Shown piece by piece: positions 27,393 through 36,623 of a stretch of 64,000 nt of DNA. Numbering within the stretch: the first letter of the stretch is position 1; each line of letters begins with the position of its first letter. Under the pieces are notes generated by a model, which worked only from the letters and a program-made list of their open reading frames with translations, did no database searches and was not told the origin of the DNA. Made by a program: the position numbers and the translations under genes. The stretch comes from Bacillota bacterium (lineage in GTDB: Bacteria > Bacillota > Sulfobacillia > JAJYWN01): positions 141,591-205,590 of the forward strand of contig JAJYWN010000060.1 of NCBI GenBank assembly GCA_021791495.1, read 5' to 3'.

Positions 27393-28784
27393 GTGAGCGT
27401 CATGCATTCCGTGGAGGCGACGTGCCGCGCCGTCTTAGATAAGTACAAAGTCCCCGACGATGTAGTCTTGCACTCTCTGGCCGTCAGGGACGTAGCGCTC
27501 TTCCTGGCCGATCGGCTGATAGCCGCCGGCGAGGAAGTCGACCGGGCGGTGGTGGAGGCAGCCGCCCTCCTACACGATGCAGACAAAGGGTCGCTGGCGC
27601 GGACCCGTTTCCCGGGACTACCGCACGGCCAGGGGTCCGCCAAGATAGCGGAGGCCGAGGGTTTCGCCGAGGCGGCGGCGCCTTGTGTCAGACACGCCAC
27701 CCACGCTCCCTTGCGCCCGGAGATGCGCCCGACCTCCTGGGAGGAGAAGCTCCTCTGGTACGCTGACAAGTCCACCTCCTACCGGTACCTGGGGCTGGAG
27801 CGCCGCCTATGGGAGTTCGAGCCCCCCGCCCCCGCGGGCACCGTGGCGCGGGTCATGCCCCACGCCCTTGAGATGGAGCGGGAAATCTTCCGCGCCCCGA
27901 CCTTGGCCCCCGCCGGGATCAGGCCGACGGATCTCCGTCGGCTGGTGGCCCGCCGTCCCGCCGGTGACCTTGACCTCGCCATCGGGACGACTTATGACTA
28001 TGGCGTGGAAATCGGGGAGATGTTCCGGCACGTGGCGGCCGCCGGGTTTACCTCTGTTTCGTTGGCGGGCGGAAATGTCGGGCATTCGGGCTACGACGCT
28101 CCCGCTGGGCGCGCCCGGCTGCTCCGCCTCTGCGCGGAGACGGGCCTGTCCATTTCGTCGGTACACGCTCCTTTTGCCAAGGGAATGACTTCGCCCGATG
28201 ATGGCGAGCGCCTGGCGGCGGTGGAGGGCGCCATCATGGCCTGCCACGCCGCGGCCGAACTCGGCGCGCCGGTGGTGGTGGTCCACACCTGGTCGTGGAC
28301 GCCGCGCCCCCTGGATGAGGCGGTCCAGGCGGCGGTGGACTCGGTGGGGCGGGTGTTGGCCGGCTGTCCGGATGGAGTGATGGTGGCCGTTGAGAATCTG
28401 CCCGTACCTGGCACGGAAACAGTGCTGGACGCCATTCTGAAGGCCTTTCCCCCGGACCGGGTTGGTTTCTGCTACGACACGTCCCATCACCACCTGCGTC
28501 CACGAGACTTCGATCTCCTCGGGGCCTTCGGCGACAGGCTCATCGCCACGCATGTGTCGGATAACCGCGGCGAGCGGGATGATCACCAGATCCCTTGGGA
28601 GGGGGCTATCGACTGGCGGGCCTTCGCCGCGTCTTTCGGTGCCACCGACTTTAGCGGCCCCTTCCTTCTTGAGGTCGAAACGCGGGAATCGCGCTTCAAA
28701 GACTCGCAGGCCTTCCTCAGGGCGGCCTTCGATGCGGCCCAGCGACTTCTGGGCTTGGCGGACCGGCTGGGCAACATGCCATAG
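27393..28784 (+). CDS. HD-domain phosphohydrolase fused to sugar-phosphate isomerase/AP-endonuclease-2 TIM barrel
   Basis: HSLAV...LLHDADK...H...RH...YADK; then SSVHAPF, VVHT, AVENL, YDTSH, THVSDN, DDHQIPWEG, LEVE. Confidence 0.8.
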   Translation: MSVMHSVEATCRAVLDKYKVPDDVVLHSLAVRDVALFLADRLIAAGEEVDRAVVEAAALLHDADKGSLARTRFPGLPHGQGSAKIAEAEGFAEAAAPCVRHATHAPLRPEMRPTSWEEKLLWYADKSTSYRYLGLERRLWEFEPPAPAGTVARVMPHALEMEREIFRAPTLAPAGIRPTDLRRLVARRPAGDLDLAIGTTYDYGVEIGEMFRHVAAAGFTSVSLAGGNVGHSGYDAPAGRARLLRLCAETGLSISSVHAPFAKGMTSPDDGERLAAVEGAIMACHAAAELGAPVVVVHTWSWTPRPLDEAVQAAVDSVGRVLAGCPDGVMVAVENLPVPGTETVLDAILKAFPPDRVGFCYDTSHHHLRPRDFDLLGAFGDRLIATHVSDNRGERDDHQIPWEGAIDWRAFAASFGATDFSGPFLLEVETRESRFKDSQAFLRAAFDAAQRLLGLADRLGNMP

Positions 28785-28863
28785 CCGACCTCTCCGGCGA
28801 GAACGGTGGTCGATTGCTATCGGCTCTCCGGTCGGATGGGCCGAATACTGGGAGGATTCCAGC

Positions 28864-30423
28864 GTGGAAAGCCCGTACATCTGCCGGTGCGAACGCATTA
28901 CTCTGGAGGACGTCTTGAGCGCGGTCCGCGGGGGCGCCACTTCGGTGGACGGCGTGAAGCGGCGTACGCGGGCCGGAATGGGGCCGTGCCAGGGGAAGAC
29001 GTGCAGCCGGATCATCGCCCGCATCATCGCCGCCGAGACGGCGATGTCCAGGGAAGAGGTGCTGCCGGCCAGGGTGCGTCCTCCCTTGCGCCCGTTGACT
29101 CTCAGGGAGCTGGCCCTGGCCGGATCCGAACCCAGCGACATGTTGGCGGTTCCGCCGCCGGTTTCCGCTCCGCCCGCCTTCGGCCTTCTGGCTGATGCCG
29201 GCGACGCCAACGACGCCGGCCGCCCGGACGGTACGGTCGTACACGGGGCGATGGCCGGCGAGGGCAGCCTAGCCGAGCGAAGCTACGAGTTTGTTGTCAT
29301 AGGCGGCGGCGCCGTGGGTTCGTCAATCACCTATCACCTGGCCCGCGCCGGTCGCGACGTCGCCCTCCTTGAAGCAAATGACCTGGCCACCGGTACTTCT
29401 GGTGCCACCCAGGCCTGGGTCTGGGTCCATAGCAAAACTCCACGCTACTATATGGAGCTGAACTGGCGGGGCGCCCGCCGGTATCCTGGGCTGTCCGAGG
29501 AGCTTGGGATCGACCTGGAGTACCGCCGCACCGGCGGGATGGTCGGCCTGTTCACTCAGGAAGAGGTCGACGCCTCCCGGAGGATGATGGAGTCAAACCA
29601 AGCCGCGGGCGTCGAGATACACCTCCTCACGAGGGAAGAAGCTCTCTCTATGGAACCGCGGCTGAGCCCGGAGATTCTGGCGGCTACCTATAGCCCGGTG
29701 GATGGGAACGTGAACCCATTCCGAGTCGTTCAAGGGTTTGCCGGGAAGGCAGCCTCTTTGGGAGCCCGTATTCACCTACGCACGGCGGTCAAGGCCTTGG
29801 AACCCGATGACGGCGGGAGCGCCAGCGGCCCCAGTCCTGGTGGCAACCGTGTAAACCGTAGTGGTTGGCTGGTTCGCACCAACCGGGGAGCCCTCCGTTG
29901 CCGCACCCTGGTAATTGCCGCCGGTTTCTACACACCGTCTGTGGCGCGCCTGGCGGGAGTGGACGTCCCTGTCCAGCCCGTACGCGGGCAGGTCCTTCTC
30001 ACCGAGGCGATGCCGCCCACGGTCCGGTTCACCCACCAGGGAGTGCGCCAGAACCCCACCGGCCAAGTAATGTTGGGCTACCTCAGCGAGAACGCCGGCT
30101 TCGACAAGTCCACCACCCTTTCCGGGTTGAGCCAGGTGGCGGATTGGGCCATACACTACATGCCTTCCTTCGCGGAGACGAAGGTTATCCACGCCTTCTC
30201 GGGCTTGCGTCCCATGCCAAAGGACAAGCTTTCTATCCTGTCTTGGGCGCGCCGAGACCCACCCCTGTTCGTGGCGGTGACGCATAGTGGAATCACCTTG
30301 TCGCCGGTCATAGGGGAACTGGTCTCGGAGGCGCTTATGAAGCAGGCAGACGGCGGCGCCGAGGCCGGTGTGCCACCCGCCGGTCTGGAGCCGTACGACC
30401 TGCGGCGTTTCGCGGCGAAGTAG
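28864..30423 (+). CDS. BFD-like [2Fe-2S] domain fused to FAD-dependent D-amino-acid/glycine oxidase (HcnC-like)
   Basis: ICRCERIT...KRRTRAGMGPCQGKTC...RPPLRP; VIGGGAVG, PVRGQ, GLRPMPKD, HSGITLSP; GTG 28864 after GGAGG. Confidence 0.85.
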   Translation: MESPYICRCERITLEDVLSAVRGGATSVDGVKRRTRAGMGPCQGKTCSRIIARIIAAETAMSREEVLPARVRPPLRPLTLRELALAGSEPSDMLAVPPPVSAPPAFGLLADAGDANDAGRPDGTVVHGAMAGEGSLAERSYEFVVIGGGAVGSSITYHLARAGRDVALLEANDLATGTSGATQAWVWVHSKTPRYYMELNWRGARRYPGLSEELGIDLEYRRTGGMVGLFTQEEVDASRRMMESNQAAGVEIHLLTREEALSMEPRLSPEILAATYSPVDGNVNPFRVVQGFAGKAASLGARIHLRTAVKALEPDDGGSASGPSPGGNRVNRSGWLVRTNRGALRCRTLVIAAGFYTPSVARLAGVDVPVQPVRGQVLLTEAMPPTVRFTHQGVRQNPTGQVMLGYLSENAGFDKSTTLSGLSQVADWAIHYMPSFAETKVIHAFSGLRPMPKDKLSILSWARRDPPLFVAVTHSGITLSPVIGELVSEALMKQADGGAEAGVPPAGLEPYDLRRFAAK

Positions 30424-30437
30424 AGAGGAGCTTTCCA

Positions 30438-32075
30438 GTGGGCCGGGACCTACGAATTATCAACCACCCTGCTCTGGGTGCCAGAACCGAGAAGCGGGTG
30501 GTCTTTTCTTTTGACGGCCGCGAAATAGAAGGTATTGAGGGCGAGCCCATCGCTGTGGCCTTGTATGCGGCAGGCATCAGGAAACTGGGCGCCCACGAGT
30601 ACACCGGAGAGCCTCGGGGCCTGTTCTGTGGGATCGGCCATTGTTTCGGCTGCCGGGTCACGGTAGATGGCGAGCCCAATGTCCGCTCCTGCATCGCCCC
30701 TCTGAGAGCGGGGATGGAGGTTCAGAGCCAGGGAAAGTTCCCCGGGGAGCCGGTAGCGTGGCAAGCCCCAGAGCAGACTCGTCAACGTCCAGAGGAGCCT
30801 CCGGCTCCCAGGCGGCACGTAGATGTGGTGGTCATCGGCGGTGGTCCGGCCGGCTTGTCCGCCGCTCTGGCCGCCGCTAACCAGGGCGCCAAGGTCATGG
30901 TCGTGGATGAACAGCATGAACTCGGCGGTCGTCTGCTGTCTCAAGTCCACGAAAACCCGCTGCGCAAAGGGGAGTGGTTCAATGGGCCGCGGATCGCCGC
31001 CGACTTGGCGGAGAACCTGGCTGCGGCCGGCGTGGAGTTCCGCCGTGAAACCCAAGCCTGGGGGGTGTGGCCACGATGGTTGGTGTCGATCACCGGACCG
31101 GGTGCCGAAGACGGCGAGTCGGTGGAAGCCTCCGCCGTAATCGTCGCTACCGGGGCGGCCCAAGCCTGCCAGCCTTTCCCGGGCTGGACTCTGCCGGGAG
31201 TCATTTCAGTGGGAGCCGCGCAGACCATGATGCACCGCTTCCGGCTACGCCCGGGTCACCGCTGCCTGGTGGTAGGCGCCGACCCCTTGGCCCTGGCCGT
31301 CGCCAGCGAATTGGCGACGCTGGGGTCCGAAGTCCTCAGCGCGGTGCTTCCGCCGCCTGGCCCAGCGGCAGGCGAACTGGCTGAGCCGAAGGAAGCCATC
31401 ACCTCCGTCAGCCGCCTCGCCGACATGGCCCCCAGCCCCTTCTTGCGGGGCGCGGGACGGGTCGTGTCGCGCGCGGCCGCGGCCGGGGCCATGAGCGCCA
31501 TGCTCTTCCCGAAACAGGGCATCAAGGTGCAGGGCGTTCCCTTGGCCTTACGGCGCTGCATCGTCCGAGCCGTGGGGGATGAAGAAGTCAAAGGGGCCGT
31601 CGTGGCCGACCTCACGGCGGACGGTAAGGCTGTCACGGGCAGCGAGACCACTGTGGATGTCGACTCCATCTGCGTCTCCGGGGACCTCTATCCCTTGGTG
31701 GAAGCGCTGGAGATGACGGGACAGTGCGCTTTTGCCTACGTCGAAGCTCTGGGTGGACGGGTGCCTCTCTATGGCCCCGACCTGCGGACCGGTAGCAGCG
31801 CGGGCGGACCCGGCAACGACGGCGCCCAAGGCAGTGGCCTGTTCGTGGCCGGAAGCGCCTCCGGTGTGGAGGGCGCCCAGGTAGCGATGGCCCAAGGGAG
31901 GCTGGCGGGACTCGGCGCCGCCGCATTCGCTGGGCGGGTCGCCCCCTCCGAACTGGTCGGCATGCTCGAACAGGCCGCGCGGGACGTGGCGACGGCAAGG
32001 CGCGAAGCGTTCCTGACCTTCCGGCCAGGCATACCCGAGGGGCGGGATTTCATGGCCAGGCATTGGCTGGCCTGA
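30438..32075 (+). CDS. [2Fe-2S] domain fused to FAD/NAD(P) oxidoreductase (HcnA+HcnB / sarcosine oxidase alpha N-terminal-like)
   Basis: RGLFCGIGHCFGCRVTVDG.PNVRSC; IGGGPAGL, VATGA..PFPGWTLPGV, FVAGSASGVEG. Confidence 0.87.
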   Translation: MGRDLRIINHPALGARTEKRVVFSFDGREIEGIEGEPIAVALYAAGIRKLGAHEYTGEPRGLFCGIGHCFGCRVTVDGEPNVRSCIAPLRAGMEVQSQGKFPGEPVAWQAPEQTRQRPEEPPAPRRHVDVVVIGGGPAGLSAALAAANQGAKVMVVDEQHELGGRLLSQVHENPLRKGEWFNGPRIAADLAENLAAAGVEFRRETQAWGVWPRWLVSITGPGAEDGESVEASAVIVATGAAQACQPFPGWTLPGVISVGAAQTMMHRFRLRPGHRCLVVGADPLALAVASELATLGSEVLSAVLPPPGPAAGELAEPKEAITSVSRLADMAPSPFLRGAGRVVSRAAAAGAMSAMLFPKQGIKVQGVPLALRRCIVRAVGDEEVKGAVVADLTADGKAVTGSETTVDVDSICVSGDLYPLVEALEMTGQCAFAYVEALGGRVPLYGPDLRTGSSAGGPGNDGAQGSGLFVAGSASGVEGAQVAMAQGRLAGLGAAAFAGRVAPSELVGMLEQAARDVATARREAFLTFRPGIPEGRDFMARHWLA

Positions 32076-32147
32076 TGGCGGCACAGCGCCGGCAGGACGT
32101 CCGGTGCGCCATCAATCGGTGGAATCCATGTCAAAACCATGTATCAC

Positions 32148-32176
32148 TTGCAAGCTGGCGATAATGGTGGTAATCT
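32148..32176 (+). promoter_or_regulatory. Sigma-A-like promoter
   Basis: TTGCAA - 17 bp - TAATCT with TG extension, upstream of the QueG-like gene. Confidence 0.5.
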
Positions 32177-32274
32177 TGTAACGGTCTAAAATGTGTTTAG
32201 TGGTTACACGATTTCACGATAGGCCCAAACTAACAAGGCAGCAAACACGGTCAACCGGGGAGGAAGGTCGGAAC

Positions 32275-33243
32275 ATGAAAGAGCTACGCCATGCCACAAT
32301 TGACTGGGCTGGGAAACAGGGCTACGGGGTGGCCATCGTAGACCCCGCGGTGGTCGACGCGGCAGTCGCGGAGAACGCGGCTCGCCACCGCCGCGGCGAG
32401 ATCGCCGACGCGCTCTTTCAAACCTACTTGTCGAGTCACCCCGACTCTCTCCGCGCGGCAAAACCGTGGGTGTCCGCCGTTCTCGTCTTCTCCATGCCCA
32501 GCCCGGCCCAGCAGGTTACGTTCCGCACCAAGGGCCGGGCTTTCAAGGCCACTATCCCTCCCACCTACGCCGACGACGCCCCACCCAAGGCCGGCTTGGC
32601 CGAGAGGCTCGCAGCCCCCAGCGGCCCCCTTCAGGGGTGGAGGGTCGAACCTGTCCGTATACCTTTGAAGAACGTGGCCACCCGGACGGGGTTGGTGACC
32701 TACGGGCGGAATAACGTTACCTACTCCGGTAAGCTTGGCAGCTATCACCGGCTGGTGGCAGTGGCGACGGACGCCGACCTTGGAGGGGCGGCCCAGGCGG
32801 GCCAGGTGGCCTTGTCCGTCGAACCGGCCCGGACCCTCGCTCCGGAGTGCGAAGGCTGCGGCGTCTGCCTGGCCGTCTGCCCTACGGGCGCTATCAATGA
32901 GGACCGATTCGTCGTCCACGCCGAGCGCTGCCTGACCTTCCATAACGAGAAGACCGACCCCTGGGAGCCTTGGTTGAAACCGGCGTTTCACAACTGCCTG
33001 GTAGGCTGCATGGTCTGCCAGGATGGCTGTCCCAGGAACGCGGGCGCCCTGTCGTTCCTCGAGTCCCCGGCGGAGTTCTCGGAGGAAGAGACGGAATGCC
33101 TGTTGGCCAGCGCCGGCCGCGGCATTCCAGCAGGTGACCCGGTCTGGAACCGGGTGGTAGCGAAGATTCAGCAGATTGGATTGGGCGGGTACGAATCCGT
33201 CCTGGGCAGGAACCTGGCGGCGTTGCTTCAGGCAGGAAAATGA
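32275..33243 (+). CDS. Epoxyqueuosine-reductase-like (QueG/RdhA-fold) 4Fe-4S double-cluster protein
   Basis: PLKNVA..TGLVTYGRNN...GSY, CEGCGVCLAVCPTGAI...CLT, GCMVCQDGCP.N; ATG 32275 after GGAGG. Confidence 0.8.
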   Translation: MKELRHATIDWAGKQGYGVAIVDPAVVDAAVAENAARHRRGEIADALFQTYLSSHPDSLRAAKPWVSAVLVFSMPSPAQQVTFRTKGRAFKATIPPTYADDAPPKAGLAERLAAPSGPLQGWRVEPVRIPLKNVATRTGLVTYGRNNVTYSGKLGSYHRLVAVATDADLGGAAQAGQVALSVEPARTLAPECEGCGVCLAVCPTGAINEDRFVVHAERCLTFHNEKTDPWEPWLKPAFHNCLVGCMVCQDGCPRNAGALSFLESPAEFSEEETECLLASAGRGIPAGDPVWNRVVAKIQQIGLGGYESVLGRNLAALLQAGK

Positions 33244-34232
33244 CCGTGGACGATCCGCCCCTGAGCCTCCAGGGGTCCAACCCAGTCCGTAGCCACGTCC
33301 ACCAGGAGCGGCGGCTGGCCGAGTTCCGCGAGAGTGAAATCGCGGAACTTCTGGCGCCCGAGTTTCACGACGGCACGTTCCATTAGGTTCTGTCCGAACA
33401 TTAGTCCTACGGTCGCGTCGACCGCCGTCAGTTCGCGCCCGGCCACCGCGATGCCCAAGTCCTTTATGACGTCGAAGTGACTCCAAGCCGTCGCGAAACG
33501 GCCGCCCTCCCAGAACACGACGGTGTGCCGGATCCCTTCGCACAGCCCAACCACGTCGAAGAGCGCCCGGTAGACCATGTCCACGTCAATGATACTTACC
33601 GCCAGATCGTCGTGGTAACGCAGGCGGGAGGGATGGGGGATCAAACCGAACAAGTTCTTCATTGTGAGACTGAAGTCACGGGAAGTCGGTGAGGTCATCT
33701 TGATCCGGGCCAGGTCGATGAGGGTGGACCCGCGCAGGTCAAACAGCCTCTGCGGTACTTGGCTGTACAATTCCGGGTGGGCGACGGGACCAAAGCGGTT
33801 CTCCACCAGTGCCCGGACCGACGACTCGTCCGCCGTGCGCCGGGCCCAGAAATCCTCCGTGATGTTAAGGTACTCCACCCCGTGCCGGTCGAGCACCTCG
33901 GCCAGGCCGGTACGATCCAGATAGGCTTTTTCCTGAGCGCGGATCCATTCCCGTTGCGCGTCCATGTTCTCGGGCGTTATCCGTTGCGATAGATCATTTC
34001 GCGAATGGGAGTGCCCTTCGATCACCAGCTTCTTCCCCGGCAAGGCGGAAAGAACCATGTCCAAGATGAACGGGTCCGTGAAGCTCCCCGGGCGCGGGTC
34101 GAACCAGTTGGGTTTGACGATGAAGAAGTCACCGGAAACGCCGGCGGTGTCAAGAACAGTCGCCAGCTCTCTTGGGCCATTGACAGTTCCCCACGTCACT
34201 AAGCCGGCGTTGTGCCCATTAGCGTCCGTCAT
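33228..34232 (-). CDS. DUF362-like protein
   Basis: IVKPN, VIEG, LARIKM, SLTMKNLFG, AVDA. Confidence 0.65.
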   Translation of the reverse strand: MTDANGHNAGLVTWGTVNGPRELATVLDTAGVSGDFFIVKPNWFDPRPGSFTDPFILDMVLSALPGKKLVIEGHSHSRNDLSQRITPENMDAQREWIRAQEKAYLDRTGLAEVLDRHGVEYLNITEDFWARRTADESSVRALVENRFGPVAHPELYSQVPQRLFDLRGSTLIDLARIKMTSPTSRDFSLTMKNLFGLIPHPSRLRYHDDLAVSIIDVDMVYRALFDVVGLCEGIRHTVVFWEGGRFATAWSHFDVIKDLGIAVAGRELTAVDATVGLMFGQNLMERAVVKLGRQKFRDFTLAELGQPPLLVDVATDWVGPLEAQGRIVHGHFPA

Positions 34233-34233
34233 G

Positions 34234-34524
34234 TCAGTCCTCGGCCACTATCTTGAAAACCACAGGCTTATTCGGGTCCGGGCACGAGACGAAAGTGGTG
34301 CCGGCTACCGCATCCCAAGGATGCCGACCCCCGAGTTCTACCACGCGCAAGTGCGGCCACAGGCTGTGGAAGGCCGCGGCGCAAAAATCGCTGGGGCAGC
34401 GTTCGAAATCGAAGGTGAATTCCTGCCCTTCGGTGTGCATGTGGCAGACCCCATGCTCTGGGTGGTCGGTCAGTTTGTGGACGATGATCTTGATTTTCTT
34501 GGGCTTGTTCAAAGAGTGTTCCAC
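34234..34524 (-). CDS. TIGR04076-like small Cys protein
   Basis: C..H.EGQEF, PSDFC..AF..L.P, SCPDP..PVVFKI; GGAGG RBS. Confidence 0.8.
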   Translation of the reverse strand: MEHSLNKPKKIKIIVHKLTDHPEHGVCHMHTEGQEFTFDFERCPSDFCAAAFHSLWPHLRVVELGGRHPWDAVAGTTFVSCPDPNKPVVFKIVAED

Positions 34525-34570
34525 GTCTCCAATTCCTCCATGTCCTTGGCATGAATCCTGGTGTCGCCAA

Positions 34571-35506
34571 TCAGTTCTTCTTGTATGCCGATCCCAAGGC
34601 CGCCGGCGCGGTGGTCTTCCCCGCCATCACCATGGCCGCCAAAGTCAAGACGTAGGGAAACATCAATAGGAACTCGTAGGGTACGGGCACCCCGGCGACC
34701 TGTAGCTTCAGCTGCAGGGCATCGGCCAGACCGAAGAGGAGCGAAGCACCCATGGCTCCCCAGGGATTGTACTTACCGAAGATGATGATGGCGAAAGCCA
34801 TGTATCCTCTCTCCGCGGTCATCATCTCAATGAACGTATTGGCGTGGGCCAAGGATAGATAAGCGCCGCCCAGACCACCCAGGGCCCCGCTTACGAGCAC
34901 GCAGGCGTACCGGGTGAGCGTCACGTTCAGGCCGACCGTGTCGGCGGCCTTGGCGTGTTCACCGACGGAGCGGATTTGCAGACCCAGCGCCGTGCGGTAC
35001 AGGATGAACCAGGTCAGCGGCACTAGAGCAAAGGCCAGATAGACCAGAACATTCTGGGTGAACAGGACCTGCCCGATGATTGGCAGACGGCTGAGCCCCG
35101 GAATGGCCACGGGCTGGAAGGGAGTCACCCGGACAAAGTTCCCGCTGGAACGAAACAGGACTCGGTTGAGGAACCCCGTCGCACCGGCCGCCAGCATGAC
35201 CAGACCCGTACCGGCCACTGCTTGGCTGGATCCGACCGAAACCGAGAAATAGGCGTACACGAAAGCCAGAAGCATGCCGGCTATCAAGGCCGCCGCGATG
35301 CCGATCCAGAGGTTCCCGCTGTAGAAGGCGCCGACGAAACCCGCGAAGGCTCCAGCCAACATGAAGCCTTCCAAGCCGATGCTGAGCACGCCAGAGCGGT
35401 CGGAGAACAGCCCTCCGATGGCCGCCAGGAGCACCGGCGCCGTAGTGCGCATGGTCGAGGAAAGCAGTGCGATGATCGAAGTTAGGCTAAATAGGGGTTC
35501 AAGCAT
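34571..35506 (-). CDS. Nucleoside (CUT2/Nup) ABC transporter permease 2
   Basis: DRSGVLSIGLEG.ML.GAF, GLQIRSVGEH..AAD..G, PYVLTL, P.ALG..Y. Confidence 0.9.
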   Translation of the reverse strand: MLEPLFSLTSIIALLSSTMRTTAPVLLAAIGGLFSDRSGVLSIGLEGFMLAGAFAGFVGAFYSGNLWIGIAAALIAGMLLAFVYAYFSVSVGSSQAVAGTGLVMLAAGATGFLNRVLFRSSGNFVRVTPFQPVAIPGLSRLPIIGQVLFTQNVLVYLAFALVPLTWFILYRTALGLQIRSVGEHAKAADTVGLNVTLTRYACVLVSGALGGLGGAYLSLAHANTFIEMMTAERGYMAFAIIIFGKYNPWGAMGASLLFGLADALQLKLQVAGVPVPYEFLLMFPYVLTLAAMVMAGKTTAPAALGSAYKKN

Positions 35507-36623
35507 TGCTGCCGGCCGCCTCCTTTCCCGCGGCGGCGGCGTGCGGGCCTCTGTCCCGGGGCTTGCGCTCCGCCCAATAGCGGGCAAACCGGTCTTCGTA
35601 AACAGCGTAGCCGAGTACGAAGAAGATGACCAACGCCTGCATGACCGAAGCCAACATGGCCGGCACCTCGGCGGCCCGCTGCATGTTGTTGGCGCCCGTG
35701 GCCAGCGCCCCGAACAGAAGCGACGTCAGGATTACGGCGAGGGGGTTGCGCTTAGCAAGAAGCGCTACGGCGATGGCGCTGTAGCCATACCCCGGGGAGA
35801 AGTTGCTGTAGAGTTTCCATGTAACTCCCAATAGTTCCACGGCGCCCCCCATGCCGGCCAGACCGCCACTGATCGCCATGGCCAGGACCACATTACGTCG
35901 GACGTTGATCCCGGCGTACTCGGCGGCCAACGCGCCTGAGCCAACAGCGCGGATCTGGAAACCCAGGACCGTCTTGAAAATCAGGATGTAGGCGGCCACA
36001 GCCATCGCCAGACCGATGACCAGACCCAAGTGCAGCCTGGTGCCGGGCACTAACACGGGCAGCTTGGCGGCGTTTACGATCTCCGCCGTCTCCGGATAGA
36101 AGTGCCGCGGTTCTTGCAAGGGGCCCTTGATGATCCAGGAGACTATCTGAACCGCGATGGAGTTCATCATCACCGTCGTGACGATCTCCGAGGCCCCCAC
36201 CTTGGCTTTCAGGTATCCCGGTATCGCTCCGTACGCGCCGCCGGCCACGAAAGCCGCCGCCAAGAGCAGCGGGATCAGGATGAAGGAAGGAAGACCCGTG
36301 ATGGCCACGCCCAGCCAACTGACCGCCAAAGCCCCCATGTAGAACTGCCCTTCGGCACCGATGTTGAAGGAGCGGCTACGGAAGGCAATGGCCACTCCCA
36401 AGCCCGTAAATAGGTAAGGAGTGCTCTTCACCAGAGTCTCGGTGAAGTTGATGCCACTTCCAAAAGCCCCGTCGAGCAAGGCGGCGAAAGTTTGGACCGG
36501 GTTGAAACCGGCCGCGGCTACCACCACCGCGCCCGCCACGAAGGCGGATAGCACCGCCAATGAAGGGATGATGAGCTGCCGCGCGGCCGCAAGTACGCTA
36601 TCCAAATGCGGGCGAGCTTTCAC
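35499..36623 (-). CDS. Nucleoside ABC transporter permease 1
   Basis: FNIGAEGQ, SEIVTTVMMN, GFQIRAVG...AAEYAGI, GYGYSAIAVALL. Confidence 0.9.
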   Translation of the reverse strand: MKARPHLDSVLAAARQLIIPSLAVLSAFVAGAVVVAAAGFNPVQTFAALLDGAFGSGINFTETLVKSTPYLFTGLGVAIAFRSRSFNIGAEGQFYMGALAVSWLGVAITGLPSFILIPLLLAAAFVAGGAYGAIPGYLKAKVGASEIVTTVMMNSIAVQIVSWIIKGPLQEPRHFYPETAEIVNAAKLPVLVPGTRLHLGLVIGLAMAVAAYILIFKTVLGFQIRAVGSGALAAEYAGINVRRNVVLAMAISGGLAGMGGAVELLGVTWKLYSNFSPGYGYSAIAVALLAKRNPLAVILTSLLFGALATGANNMQRAAEVPAMLASVMQALVIFFVLGYAVYEDRFARYWAERKPRDRGPHAAAAGKEAAGSNA

